Source of the DNA: Leptospiraceae bacterium
GTDB lineage: Bacteria > Spirochaetota > Leptospiria > Leptospirales > Leptonemataceae
NCBI GenBank assembly: GCA_025059995.1
Contig: JANXCF010000005.1
Span: 124,006-188,005 of the forward strand
Direction of reading: 5' to 3'
DNA length: 64,000 nt
The position numbers and the translations under genes are program-made. The notes under the pieces were generated by a model, which was given only the letters and a program-made list of their open reading frames with translations, was not told where the DNA came from and did not search any database. Of the stretch, positions 17,549 to 25,874 are shown one piece after another. The first letter of the stretch is position 1, and every line of letters starts with the position of its first letter.

Positions 17549-19120
17549 TTGTTGCAACGAAAAAATTATGAAAATCCTTGGCTTATGAACCTGAAGCTCT
17601 TTCTAAAAAGAAATTGGGAACTATTTTTGATTTTTTTTTTATTAATAGTAATTTTTTCTTATTTTTTGGAACGTTATTACTACGTTGGAGATCCATTAGC
17701 GAAGGTTTATCAGTCTTATTCTTTAATCTTCAATAACTATCAGTCAGAAGAAATCCTATATCGTTTTAGGGAATTTGATCCTGAGTTTCGTTATTTCCCT
17801 TTGACTTCGATTGTTACGATTCCCGATGAAAACAAAGTCGTAGGTGTATTCCCCGTTCTTTTTTCGTTGATCATAGCTCCCGTGATTGAGTTTAATGGAG
17901 TGAAATATCTACCCGTTTTGACCACAATAGTGAACTTTCTGAGTTTGTATTTGTTAAAACGATATTGGAACTTTTCGTCATTCTGGATATTGTTCTTTTT
18001 GTTTGGAACCTTTTTGTTTTTGAATAGCATAGACATGTCAGAGAGTAGCTTGTTGGTAGCACTACAAGTGATGGGGTTGACACTTTTATTTCGAGGGGGT
18101 GATAGGTGGGTGGTGTTATCGGCTTTTATTTTGACATTAGGGATGTGGCTTCGTTTGGAGATGTTGTTATTTTTGATGAGTTTGATATTTGTATGGTTTT
18201 TGTTAGAGAATGAGATTGTTTTGAGGGATTTTGATTGGAGGGGTATTGGGGTATCGAGGAAGTTTGTGGTGTTTGTTGTGTCAGTAGTGTTGTTTGTTTT
18301 GGTGTTTTTTTTGTTTCATTGGTATCAGTATGGACACATCCTCGGTCCAAGATATCTGGCAAACATTTATGTAGAGGAATATTCAATTTTAAGACAACTA
18401 AAACACTTATGGATACTTCTTTTTTTCGGAAGTTTTAATCAGTTGGGATTTTTTGGATATGTTCCGTTGTTTTTGGTGGTGTTGTTGATTTTTTTGTTTC
18501 GGAGGCGTGAGTTTGATTTTCCACGAGAGGAACTCATATTGATATATTCAGGAATTTTGTTAGTGATACTTGTGGGTATTACTTCTCCGAATGAAGGAGT
18601 CGTAAATTTAGGACCAAGATATATGCTTTTAGCCATTTTTCCGTTTGTTCTTTTGAGTAGGGGGGTGTTTTTGAAGTTTTTATCAAAAAAATGGAAGTTT
18701 GTTCTTGTTTTCTATTCGTTTTTTGTCACATTTGTGTATTTCATTTTTTATTCCCTTTTTTTACAGATAGCAAAAGAAGCTCATCAAAAACTTACAGCAG
18801 AAAAAGCTCCTATTTACATCAACTTTGATTATATCGATACAAGCATTTTAGGATTAAGTGTAATTGATCACACTGTGCTTACGATTCAGCGGTATTTTCC
18901 ATTGGAGTTTCTTGATCATTTGTATGTATATTCAAAAGACAAGGGGGACGTCATAGTGTATCATTCGAAGTATGTAGAGAAAAAGAAATCAGTGGATATA
19001 CAAAAGAACTTAGCAAAACTAAAAGAACAATTTGTACTTGTGGCGTATCACAAAATCCACTTTCAAAAAAATGATTATCTAAAGATCTACAGATTAAGAA
19101 GAAAAGAGAAACTGCAATAA
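17549..19120 (+). CDS. polytopic membrane protein, possibly a GT-C/ArnT-like glycosyltransferase
   Basis: At least 10 hydrophobic segments, then a soluble C-terminal region of about 100 aa. Overall architecture recalls membrane glycosyltransferases. No catalytic motif verified. Confidence 0.4.
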   Translation: MLQRKNYENPWLMNLKLFLKRNWELFLIFFLLIVIFSYFLERYYYVGDPLAKVYQSYSLIFNNYQSEEILYRFREFDPEFRYFPLTSIVTIPDENKVVGVFPVLFSLIIAPVIEFNGVKYLPVLTTIVNFLSLYLLKRYWNFSSFWILFFLFGTFLFLNSIDMSESSLLVALQVMGLTLLFRGGDRWVVLSAFILTLGMWLRLEMLLFLMSLIFVWFLLENEIVLRDFDWRGIGVSRKFVVFVVSVVLFVLVFFLFHWYQYGHILGPRYLANIYVEEYSILRQLKHLWILLFFGSFNQLGFFGYVPLFLVVLLIFLFRRREFDFPREELILIYSGILLVILVGITSPNEGVVNLGPRYMLLAIFPFVLLSRGVFLKFLSKKWKFVLVFYSFFVTFVYFIFYSLFLQIAKEAHQKLTAEKAPIYINFDYIDTSILGLSVIDHTVLTIQRYFPLEFLDHLYVYSKDKGDVIVYHSKYVEKKKSVDIQKNLAKLKEQFVLVAYHKIHFQKNDYLKIYRLRRKEKLQ

Positions 19121-19279
19121 AATAAAAAAATAACAATTTTTGTCTGAAATTGAGTGTATATTTTATATTACATGATAAACACCCATAGCAAAGTTTAAAA
19201 AATTTTTTCATTAAGTGAGAAAAATTTTCAGATTTTTCGGGATTTTATCATAAAATATGTCTCCTCCTTTTCTAATTAT

Positions 19280-20068
19280 ATGATTATGAAGATGGAAACG
19301 ATTAAAATCCAAAATTGTTTTAAGAAAATTTATGAATCAAAAGGTTATGAAAAATCTTGTGAAGAAAGAATCATTGAATATATTCAGCATCTTTTGGAGA
19401 CGAAAAAAGTATCAAAAAATTCACGAAAAATTGCTGAATATGTTTTTTGGTTAATCTATAATGAATTTGTCTATAACGGTCGTGATGAAAATGGCAAAAT
19501 CAGAAAAAGAAAATTTAAAAACAAGATAAAGCAACAATTTCATAGTTTCTTAGAAAACGAACTGATATTATCTGATGAAGACTTCGAAAAACTTATGATC
19601 GATATTATAGAAATCTACCTACCATGTTTGAAAATAGCAGAAAATGACCGGGAAAAACTAAAACTTTACAAAAATTGTATTGATAGAGACTTCCATAGAG
19701 AAAAAAGAAAAAATATTTCAATTGGTGAACTTATAGAAAAAGTTCGTCTTTCTAATCCAAAAGCGTATTATGACTACGATTGGAAAGACAATCTAAGATA
19801 TCTCAAACTCTTGAGTAAAATACAAAAGCTTTTGGATGAAATCGAATTTATTCTATTAAAAAATGGATTTAAAAATAAAACCCATATAAAAGTTATTTTA
19901 AAAAATTTTGAAGTTCAATTCTATAATCCACATTTAGAAAATAAAGAAGAGATATATAGTAAGGTTGCTGATGAATTAAATATGAATAAAAGCACCGTAA
20001 AATCGGTTATACATCGCTTTGAGAAGAAGAATAAGATTATAAAAGAAATCAAAGAAGCTATTGAATAA
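19280..20068 (+). CDS. Lys-rich hypothetical protein with a C-terminal sigma70 region-4-like HTH
   Basis: C-terminus EIYSKVADELNMNKSTVKSVIHRFEKK fits the s..eIA..lg.s..TVKs...R pattern. No recognisable region 2 and no clear SD. Very AT-rich. Confidence 0.4.
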   Translation: MIMKMETIKIQNCFKKIYESKGYEKSCEERIIEYIQHLLETKKVSKNSRKIAEYVFWLIYNEFVYNGRDENGKIRKRKFKNKIKQQFHSFLENELILSDEDFEKLMIDIIEIYLPCLKIAENDREKLKLYKNCIDRDFHREKRKNISIGELIEKVRLSNPKAYYDYDWKDNLRYLKLLSKIQKLLDEIEFILLKNGFKNKTHIKVILKNFEVQFYNPHLENKEEIYSKVADELNMNKSTVKSVIHRFEKKNKIIKEIKEAIE

Positions 20069-20133
20069 TGGATCTATATTTTCTTGGTTTTCTTTATTTT
20101 CTTGAGGCTATGTTGGTTTTTTTTGGCTGAAAT

Positions 20134-20733
20134 ATGAGCTTTCTTTGGGCTTTGAAGCTTCTAAGTGCTTCTTTTGATTTTCGCTTGTACCGAGAGTTTG
20201 AGAAGTTTCCCCATTTTGAGGTTGCAAGAAAAGTTTTTTATTTCTACCACATGCCCTTTTTGATTCATTATATTTTTTTTCTAATTAGTCCTTTTTTCTG
20301 GTATCAAATCTTGTTCAAGAAAGAAAGTTTTTTCTCTTTGCTTTTTACTACTTATCTTCCCCCTTTGTTCATTTATGGGGGAACTTTTATTTTTTTGGTT
20401 TTGATGGATAAGTTTGAGTTTTATTCCCAACCTCCCACGTTATACCGAAAAAATCCTTATTTTGGAATCAAAAATGCGATTATGATTACTTCTAATTTGA
20501 TTTTTTTTCTTGTTCATCCGATTTTGGGTTGGTTAGCTTTGGGAGTTTCTTCTATCATGACGTTTGTTTTTTCTATCATCCAGTGGTCCTTATATCTTGA
20601 AAAACCAATATCCAAAACATTCGCCGAAAGTTTACTTTTGGTTTCTCTTTTTTTGTTGGTGGCTGTCTTGATTCTATTTATTGTGAATTTGTTTGAGTCT
20701 ATTCAATTATTACAAAGGTTTGGTCTTTTATGA
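20134..20733 (+). CDS. integral membrane protein, unknown function
   Basis: Five to six hydrophobic segments. ATGA overlap with mpl suggests co-translation. Confidence 0.5.
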   Translation: MSFLWALKLLSASFDFRLYREFEKFPHFEVARKVFYFYHMPFLIHYIFFLISPFFWYQILFKKESFFSLLFTTYLPPLFIYGGTFIFLVLMDKFEFYSQPPTLYRKNPYFGIKNAIMITSNLIFFLVHPILGWLALGVSSIMTFVFSIIQWSLYLEKPISKTFAESLLLVSLFLLVAVLILFIVNLFESIQLLQRFGLL

Positions 20734-22169
20734 AAATCCATGTTGTTGGTATCGGTGGGATTGCCATGGGGAATTTAGCAAAAATGTTAAAGGATCAAGG
20801 ACACGATGTTACAGGTTCTGATCAGAATTTATATCCTCCTATGTCTGAGAAGCTCAAAGAATGGGGTTTTCCTGTTTCTTCTTTTTCTCCAGATAACATC
20901 ATAGACCAACACCAAAATCCAAAAGCGGATCTCTACATAATCGGGAATGTTTTATCTCGAGGCAACATAGAAGTTGAGACCATCCTCAATCACCGTTTGC
21001 CTTTGATGAGTATGCCTCAAGCCTTGTATGAGTTTTTTTTGAAGCATCACTATGTGATTGTAGTAGCGGGCACACATGGCAAAACCACCACTACTTTTCT
21101 AATCCACTATATTCTTAAAAAAGCAGGATTATCCGCGGGATTATTTGCTGGTGGGATACGAGCTGATCATCATCCTGGTTTTTCGATAGAAAAAGGAAAC
21201 TATTTCGTTATTGAGGGCGATGAATATGACACTTCTTTTTTTGACAAAAAGCCCAAATTTTTGCACTATCGACCTTATTATTTGGTTTTGACTTCAATTG
21301 AGTATGATCATGCAGACATTTACGAAAACCTCAAGGAATACAAAAAGGCTTTTCTTCAATTGTTGCGTTGGATACCCCAAAAAGGAAAGATCATCGCAAA
21401 CTATGATTACGAGGTCATACGAGAAATTCTCAAAAATCAGTCGAATGTTGTATATTATTCAGAGAAAGAACGCTTACCAGAAATCACGCAGCTCCAATAC
21501 CAACGTAATGAGTTAATTCTCCCCATTGGAAGAGTTCATCCCAAAATCTTCGGAAAACAAAATTATCTAAACATCTTAGCAAGTTATCTTTTGGCAAAAG
21601 AACTGGGTGTTGATGCTCAAATCATTCGTCAGGCAATCGAAGAATTTCCTGGAGTCATGAGGCGCCAACAACTACGAAAAAAAATTTCCCTTCGTGATCA
21701 AGAAATAGAGATACTTTTCTATGAAGATTTTGCTCATCATCCCACAGCTGTGAAAATCACCATTGAAAGTTTTCGAGAAACGATTACCAATGCCTTCATC
21801 ATTGCTTGCTATGAACCCAGAAGTGCGAGTAGCCATCGAAATGTCTTTCAGAAAGAATATCCAGAATCATTTTTGTTAGCAGATGTAGTTTATATCACAG
21901 AAGTTTATGATCCAAGAAAAGTAGAACCGGAACAACGATTGAATGTATTAGAAATCATTGATGAAATCCGCAAAAAAAATATCAATGCTCATTACTGTGC
22001 AGCACCAAATGAACTTTTAGAAAAACTAAAGAATGATTTTTCCGATTATGTCTTATTCGCAAAGCAAAAAAAATTAAACAAGATCATCTTGTTATTTATG
22101 AGCAACGGTGAATTTGGAAACATCTACCCAGAAGTGGAAAATTGGCTGGAAGATTTAGAAAAAAGTTGA
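20730..22169 (+). CDS. mpl: UDP-N-acetylmuramate:L-alanyl-gamma-D-glutamyl-meso-diaminopimelate ligase (murein peptide ligase)
   Basis: N-terminus MKIHVVGIGGIAMGNLAKMLKDQGHDVTGSDQNLYPPMSEKL parallels E. coli Mpl. Mur ligase P-loop GTHGKTTTT. Confidence 0.8.
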   Translation: MKIHVVGIGGIAMGNLAKMLKDQGHDVTGSDQNLYPPMSEKLKEWGFPVSSFSPDNIIDQHQNPKADLYIIGNVLSRGNIEVETILNHRLPLMSMPQALYEFFLKHHYVIVVAGTHGKTTTTFLIHYILKKAGLSAGLFAGGIRADHHPGFSIEKGNYFVIEGDEYDTSFFDKKPKFLHYRPYYLVLTSIEYDHADIYENLKEYKKAFLQLLRWIPQKGKIIANYDYEVIREILKNQSNVVYYSEKERLPEITQLQYQRNELILPIGRVHPKIFGKQNYLNILASYLLAKELGVDAQIIRQAIEEFPGVMRRQQLRKKISLRDQEIEILFYEDFAHHPTAVKITIESFRETITNAFIIACYEPRSASSHRNVFQKEYPESFLLADVVYITEVYDPRKVEPEQRLNVLEIIDEIRKKNINAHYCAAPNELLEKLKNDFSDYVLFAKQKKLNKIILLFMSNGEFGNIYPEVENWLEDLEKS

Positions 22170-22181
22170 CTTGGTTCTTTT

Positions 22182-22733
22182 GTGATTTTTTCTATGATTA
22201 TGAGTCTCATAATCAAGTTCAATTTCGGGTTTTTCTTTTTGGTGTTTTTGCTGTGGAATGTTTCTTTACAAAGCAGAGTGTTTCTTACGCCTGAGGCAGC
22301 ACTTCAAGAAGCCTTTCCAAATGCAACCATAGAAAAAATAAGGATATATCTTACAGAACAAGATCAAAAGCAAATGGAACAAGAGTTAGGATTCAAAATC
22401 AAACATAGATTTTTTAGTTTTTATGTAGCGAAATCCAATCAAAACCTTTTGGGTTATGCAATCCTACACACAGATATCGTGCGAACAAAAGAAATGTCTT
22501 TGATGATCGTCCTCAATCCAAAAAAAGAAATCCAACAAATCTATCTTATCAGCTTTTATGAACCCATAGAATACAAACCTACAGAAAGATGGCTAGAATT
22601 ATTCACAAATCGAAGTCTAAATCATCCACCAGTTTTAGGTATTGATATACCCGTAGTTTCGGGAGCTACCCTTACAGCAAGAAGTGCTTATGAAATGGCA
22701 ATGTTGACACTTTATCTTGCCAAGTCCCTATAA
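22182..22733 (+). CDS. exported/anchored FMN-binding-domain protein
   Basis: N-terminal hydrophobic anchor. C-terminal IPVVSGATLTARSAYEM matches the FMN_bind [ST]GA[ST] motif. The putative flavinylated Thr codon is at 22668-22670. Confidence 0.6.
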   Translation: MIFSMIMSLIIKFNFGFFFLVFLLWNVSLQSRVFLTPEAALQEAFPNATIEKIRIYLTEQDQKQMEQELGFKIKHRFFSFYVAKSNQNLLGYAILHTDIVRTKEMSLMIVLNPKKEIQQIYLISFYEPIEYKPTERWLELFTNRSLNHPPVLGIDIPVVSGATLTARSAYEMAMLTLYLAKSL

Positions 22734-22739
22734 AAGCTT

Positions 22740-23186
22740 ATGAAGTTTTTCGTAACAGGAAATGTTCGATCTTCTAAAGGACCAAGAAATATCTTATTAT
22801 TAGCCTATTTTTTGTTTTTGTTATTTCTCATAAGTAATTTATTCTTGGCTATATCTCAGAACTCCTTTCGATATGAAGATTTCATCCTCACATTAGAACC
22901 TTCTTTGATCATTCGTTTGGAAGAAGTACATATCAGTCTTTTTATGTTTGGTTTTTATTTAATTTTTATTTTCGCCATGTTGTATCAAAGCCGATGGAAA
23001 ATGAAAATAAAAAACATACTTTTTGGGATTTCGATTGTTTTGTTTGTGTTTTATTTACTTTCCCTTTTGATTTATGATGAAGCTCTTTGGTTTTTTTATT
23101 TTTATTATGGGGTGTTATTTACGTTTCATCTATTTTTCTTGGTTTTGCAATTTTTATTAATACTAGATTTGTTGTATGAAAAGTAG
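22740..23186 (+). CDS. small 4-TM membrane protein
   Basis: Four hydrophobic segments with His in two of them (EEVHISLF, FTFHLFF). 6 nt after the upstream stop. Confidence 0.5.
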   Translation: MKFFVTGNVRSSKGPRNILLLAYFLFLLFLISNLFLAISQNSFRYEDFILTLEPSLIIRLEEVHISLFMFGFYLIFIFAMLYQSRWKMKIKNILFGISIVLFVFYLLSLLIYDEALWFFYFYYGVLFTFHLFFLVLQFLLILDLLYEK

Positions 23187-23742
23187 TTATACTTATGTAA
23201 TTTTATTTGTGGGGGTTTTGGGGGTACTTCAAAGTATTTCTGGTTCAATTCTTTTTTTTTCTAAAATTGGATACCAGCCTTCCCAGTGGATGGAATATTA
23301 TTATGGTTCTGAGGAAATGCGAAAATATTTCCCTCAAGAAGAAGATCGCTTCAAAGAGCCGTTGACATTTTCAGGGCGATTGAAGGTTGTGTATTCCCAT
23401 GCCCTTGCTTATGGTATTTGGGTGTTTACTTTGAGCCATTTGATTCGTAGTTTGAATGGGAATCCTCAATCAAGACAAAAAAAAGAAAAATTTCTGGTTT
23501 TGTATTTCATTGTAGCTGCTTTGGAGATTTTGATGGATATTTTACTAACACTAATTGTCAGCTATAGAATGTTTTTTTTGTTTTTGAGGTTTGTTTTGTT
23601 TCTTTTATTTATTGGTTTTACTATCATATTGAGTGGGGTTTTGATTCTTTATGCATGGAGAAATCTTCTTCAACATCGTATAGAACCCATCAATGGGAAA
23701 AATGCTTTTCGTTATCATCAAAGAGAAAATTTTGAACTCTAA
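23176..23742 (+). CDS. small 4-TM membrane protein
   Basis: Overlaps the upstream gene by 11 nt. One TM carries a His pair, YSHALAYGIWVFTLSHL (H-x12-H). Confidence 0.5.
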   Translation: MKSSYTYVILFVGVLGVLQSISGSILFFSKIGYQPSQWMEYYYGSEEMRKYFPQEEDRFKEPLTFSGRLKVVYSHALAYGIWVFTLSHLIRSLNGNPQSRQKKEKFLVLYFIVAALEILMDILLTLIVSYRMFFLFLRFVLFLLFIGFTIILSGVLILYAWRNLLQHRIEPINGKNAFRYHQRENFEL

Positions 23743-23762
23743 TTCGATTCGTGGAGCCACGT

Positions 23763-24389
23763 ATGGAAAATAAGGAAAATATGGAAAATACAAAAAAGAT
23801 ACGAGCAGAGAGAAGAACTGAATTTGGGAAGAACGCATCTCGGAGGCTTCGACGAGCAGGAAAAATCCCCGCCAACATCTTAGAAAAAGGAAAGTCAACT
23901 CCAGTGGTCATCCAAAAATCAGAATTCATGAAATTGCTAAGCCAAGGTTTGCTGCCATCAATGAAGATTCAAGTTGAATTCGAAAATGAAGTCTTTGAGG
24001 TTTTACCCAAAGAAATCCAACGTGAACCAGTTACAGGAGAAATCGAACACGTAGATTTCTATAAAATGACCCCTAATCACAAATTTCACCTTCACATCCC
24101 AGTAGAATTAGTCGGAGTTGCGAAGGGAGTTCGTGCTGGTGGTGCATTAGAACATTTTGTTCAAATGTTGAAAATCCGAACAACCCCAGAGAACTTAAAA
24201 GAAAAAATAGAAGTAGATATCACCAATTTAAACGTTGGAGAAGCAATCCGATTATCCGACCTAAATTTGCCAAAAGAATGGGATGTGCTCATCCAAGGGA
24301 ATCCCATCATTTGTAAAGTGGCTCAGTCTCGTGCAACCATCAAAGCAGCTCAAGAAGAAACAAAAGAAACAAAAGAAACAAAAAAATAG
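23763..24389 (+). CDS. rplY: 50S ribosomal protein L25 / general stress protein Ctc
   Basis: RTEFGKNASRRLRRAGKIPANI N-terminal signature. GGAG at 23753-23756 favours ATG 23763 over GTG 23751. Low-complexity (ETK)3 tail. Confidence 0.85.
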   Translation: MENKENMENTKKIRAERRTEFGKNASRRLRRAGKIPANILEKGKSTPVVIQKSEFMKLLSQGLLPSMKIQVEFENEVFEVLPKEIQREPVTGEIEHVDFYKMTPNHKFHLHIPVELVGVAKGVRAGGALEHFVQMLKIRTTPENLKEKIEVDITNLNVGEAIRLSDLNLPKEWDVLIQGNPIICKVAQSRATIKAAQEETKETKETKK

Positions 24390-25361
24390 TCAGATTGTAT
24401 CACTACTTGGAATTTTGTCTAAAATTTTTAGTAGCTCTAGATACAACTGTGGGAAATATTCTTGGATTTGACTCAAAATTTCTTGGACTCTATCATTATC
24501 TGAGTAATGATGAAGAAGAGAATGTAGAATTACCAGATAAAAAAACAATAGTCGTGATAAGGTTTTTTCACGATACTTGACATTCACATAAGGAAGTTCT
24601 TGTTCTAGTCTTGAGACTTCATCTTCGATGTTAAAAATTTCATCCAGTTCAAGCTTCCTGATATTGTAAGGTAAAGCCTTCATCATGATTGAAACCGGGA
24701 GCCAATAATGAACTTTCTCAGTGTTTTTGTCATAAAGAAATTGTAGTTCTCTTATGATTTTCTTTATTGTCTCGGATTGTAATTCTTTGAAGTCCAAGGT
24801 ATCTGGTGAAAGTAAAAATCCATCTCGAAAAAAACTAAGGGCATAGGAAAAATATTCAAAATTCCCAGTCCTTTCCATTTCCATGAAATTCAAATCACCA
24901 TATAAAAAAAAAATCTGAGGATGGAATGGTTGAATTAGTTTTGCAATTTGAAGTATTTCTTTTGTATTGGAAACATCATGAACAGAAAGAAAACCCTTTG
25001 CTATCTCTAAAAGCAAGGGGAAATCATGCTCTTCGATTCCTTCTTTGTGTTGTCTGTTTTCTAAATTGCTTTTGACTTTTAGTAGTAAATATCTCTTTAT
25101 CTGGTTGATAACTTTTGTTGTGGGATACCCTTTTTCTGTGAGGACAGATTCGAATTTTTTCCATTCTTTCAGGAGAAAATCGTAGTTTTTTTTTTCTTCT
25201 CTAAAGAATTTTTCTCGGTTGAGCCAATATTTCGTGGCAAAAAAGTTTGCTATGTATTCTAACTCATCTGGAGATTCTTCTAAGATACTGCCGGCAACCT
25301 CACTTGCTTCGAAAAATTCTCCTTTTTCGATGTGATATAAGAGGGTATCTTCATCCCGCAT
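24390..25361 (-). CDS. hypothetical helical protein
   Basis: Last gene of the alaS-yajQ transcription unit. No recognised motif. Its stop codon directly abuts the rplY stop. Confidence 0.5.
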   Translation of the reverse strand: MRDEDTLLYHIEKGEFFEASEVAGSILEESPDELEYIANFFATKYWLNREKFFREEKKNYDFLLKEWKKFESVLTEKGYPTTKVINQIKRYLLLKVKSNLENRQHKEGIEEHDFPLLLEIAKGFLSVHDVSNTKEILQIAKLIQPFHPQIFFLYGDLNFMEMERTGNFEYFSYALSFFRDGFLLSPDTLDFKELQSETIKKIIRELQFLYDKNTEKVHYWLPVSIMMKALPYNIRKLELDEIFNIEDEVSRLEQELPYVNVKYREKTLSRLLFFYLVILHSLLHHYSDNDRVQEILSQIQEYFPQLYLELLKILDKIPSSDTI

Positions 25362-25373
25362 AAAACAAAGAAA

Positions 25374-25865
25374 TTAACGATAATTATCAAAAGAAATAGC
25401 AAAGTCCAATTCTTGTTCTCGTAAATGCTTGATAACTGCTTGGAGGTCATCTATGCTTTTGCTTATCACTCGTAAACTATCTCCTTGAATGCGGGTTTGA
25501 ACCTTTATATTGGTTTCTTTGATGATTTTATTGATTTTTTTGATTTGTTCTTGAGTAAGTCCGTTTTGAATCTTTGCAGTGCATTTGACTCTTCCAGAGA
25601 TGTTTTTCTGAATCTCACCGAATTGGATTGCTTTTAGATTGATGCCACGTTTTACAAGTTTGCTTTGAAAAATGTCAATTAGTGATTTCATCTTCATTTC
25701 ATCTTCGGTGGCTAAGTGGATTTCGTCTTTTTCTCGTTGGATTTCCACGTGGCTACCTTTGAAGTCGAATCTGTTTGTGGCTTCTTTTAAGGCTTGGTTT
25801 ATGGCATTAGATAGTTCTTGTTCATCAATTTTGTAAACAATATCAAAAGAATGTTCCTTTGCCAT
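25374..25865 (-). CDS. yajQ: YajQ-family nucleotide/cyclic-di-GMP-binding protein (UPF0234)
   Basis: MAKEHSFDIVYKIDEQELSNAINQALKEATNRFDFKG is the typical YajQ N-terminus. Length of 163 aa fits. Confidence 0.85.
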   Translation of the reverse strand: MAKEHSFDIVYKIDEQELSNAINQALKEATNRFDFKGSHVEIQREKDEIHLATEDEMKMKSLIDIFQSKLVKRGINLKAIQFGEIQKNISGRVKCTAKIQNGLTQEQIKKINKIIKETNIKVQTRIQGDSLRVISKSIDDLQAVIKHLREQELDFAISFDNYR

Positions 25866-25874
25866 AAATATATT

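Noticed and set aside
17631-18560. T10 homopolymer at 17631-17640 and a strongly G+T-rich, C-poor stretch (about 18040-18560) inside the membrane glycosyltransferase-like gene: possible phase-variation tract or foreign insert.
   Set aside because: A/T runs of 10 occur elsewhere in ordinary genes here (e.g. 24904-24913, 25186-25195). The GT-richness is explained by Val/Phe/Leu/Gly/Trp codons of transmembrane helices, and the reading frame is uninterrupted.
23763-24386. Short tandem nucleotide repeats GGAAAATA(A/T) at 23763-23791 and ACAAAAGAA x3 at about 24353-24386.
   Set aside because: Both lie inside rplY and simply encode low-complexity termini (MENKENMEN..., ...EETKETKETKK). They are too short and too few for a CRISPR or regulatory array.
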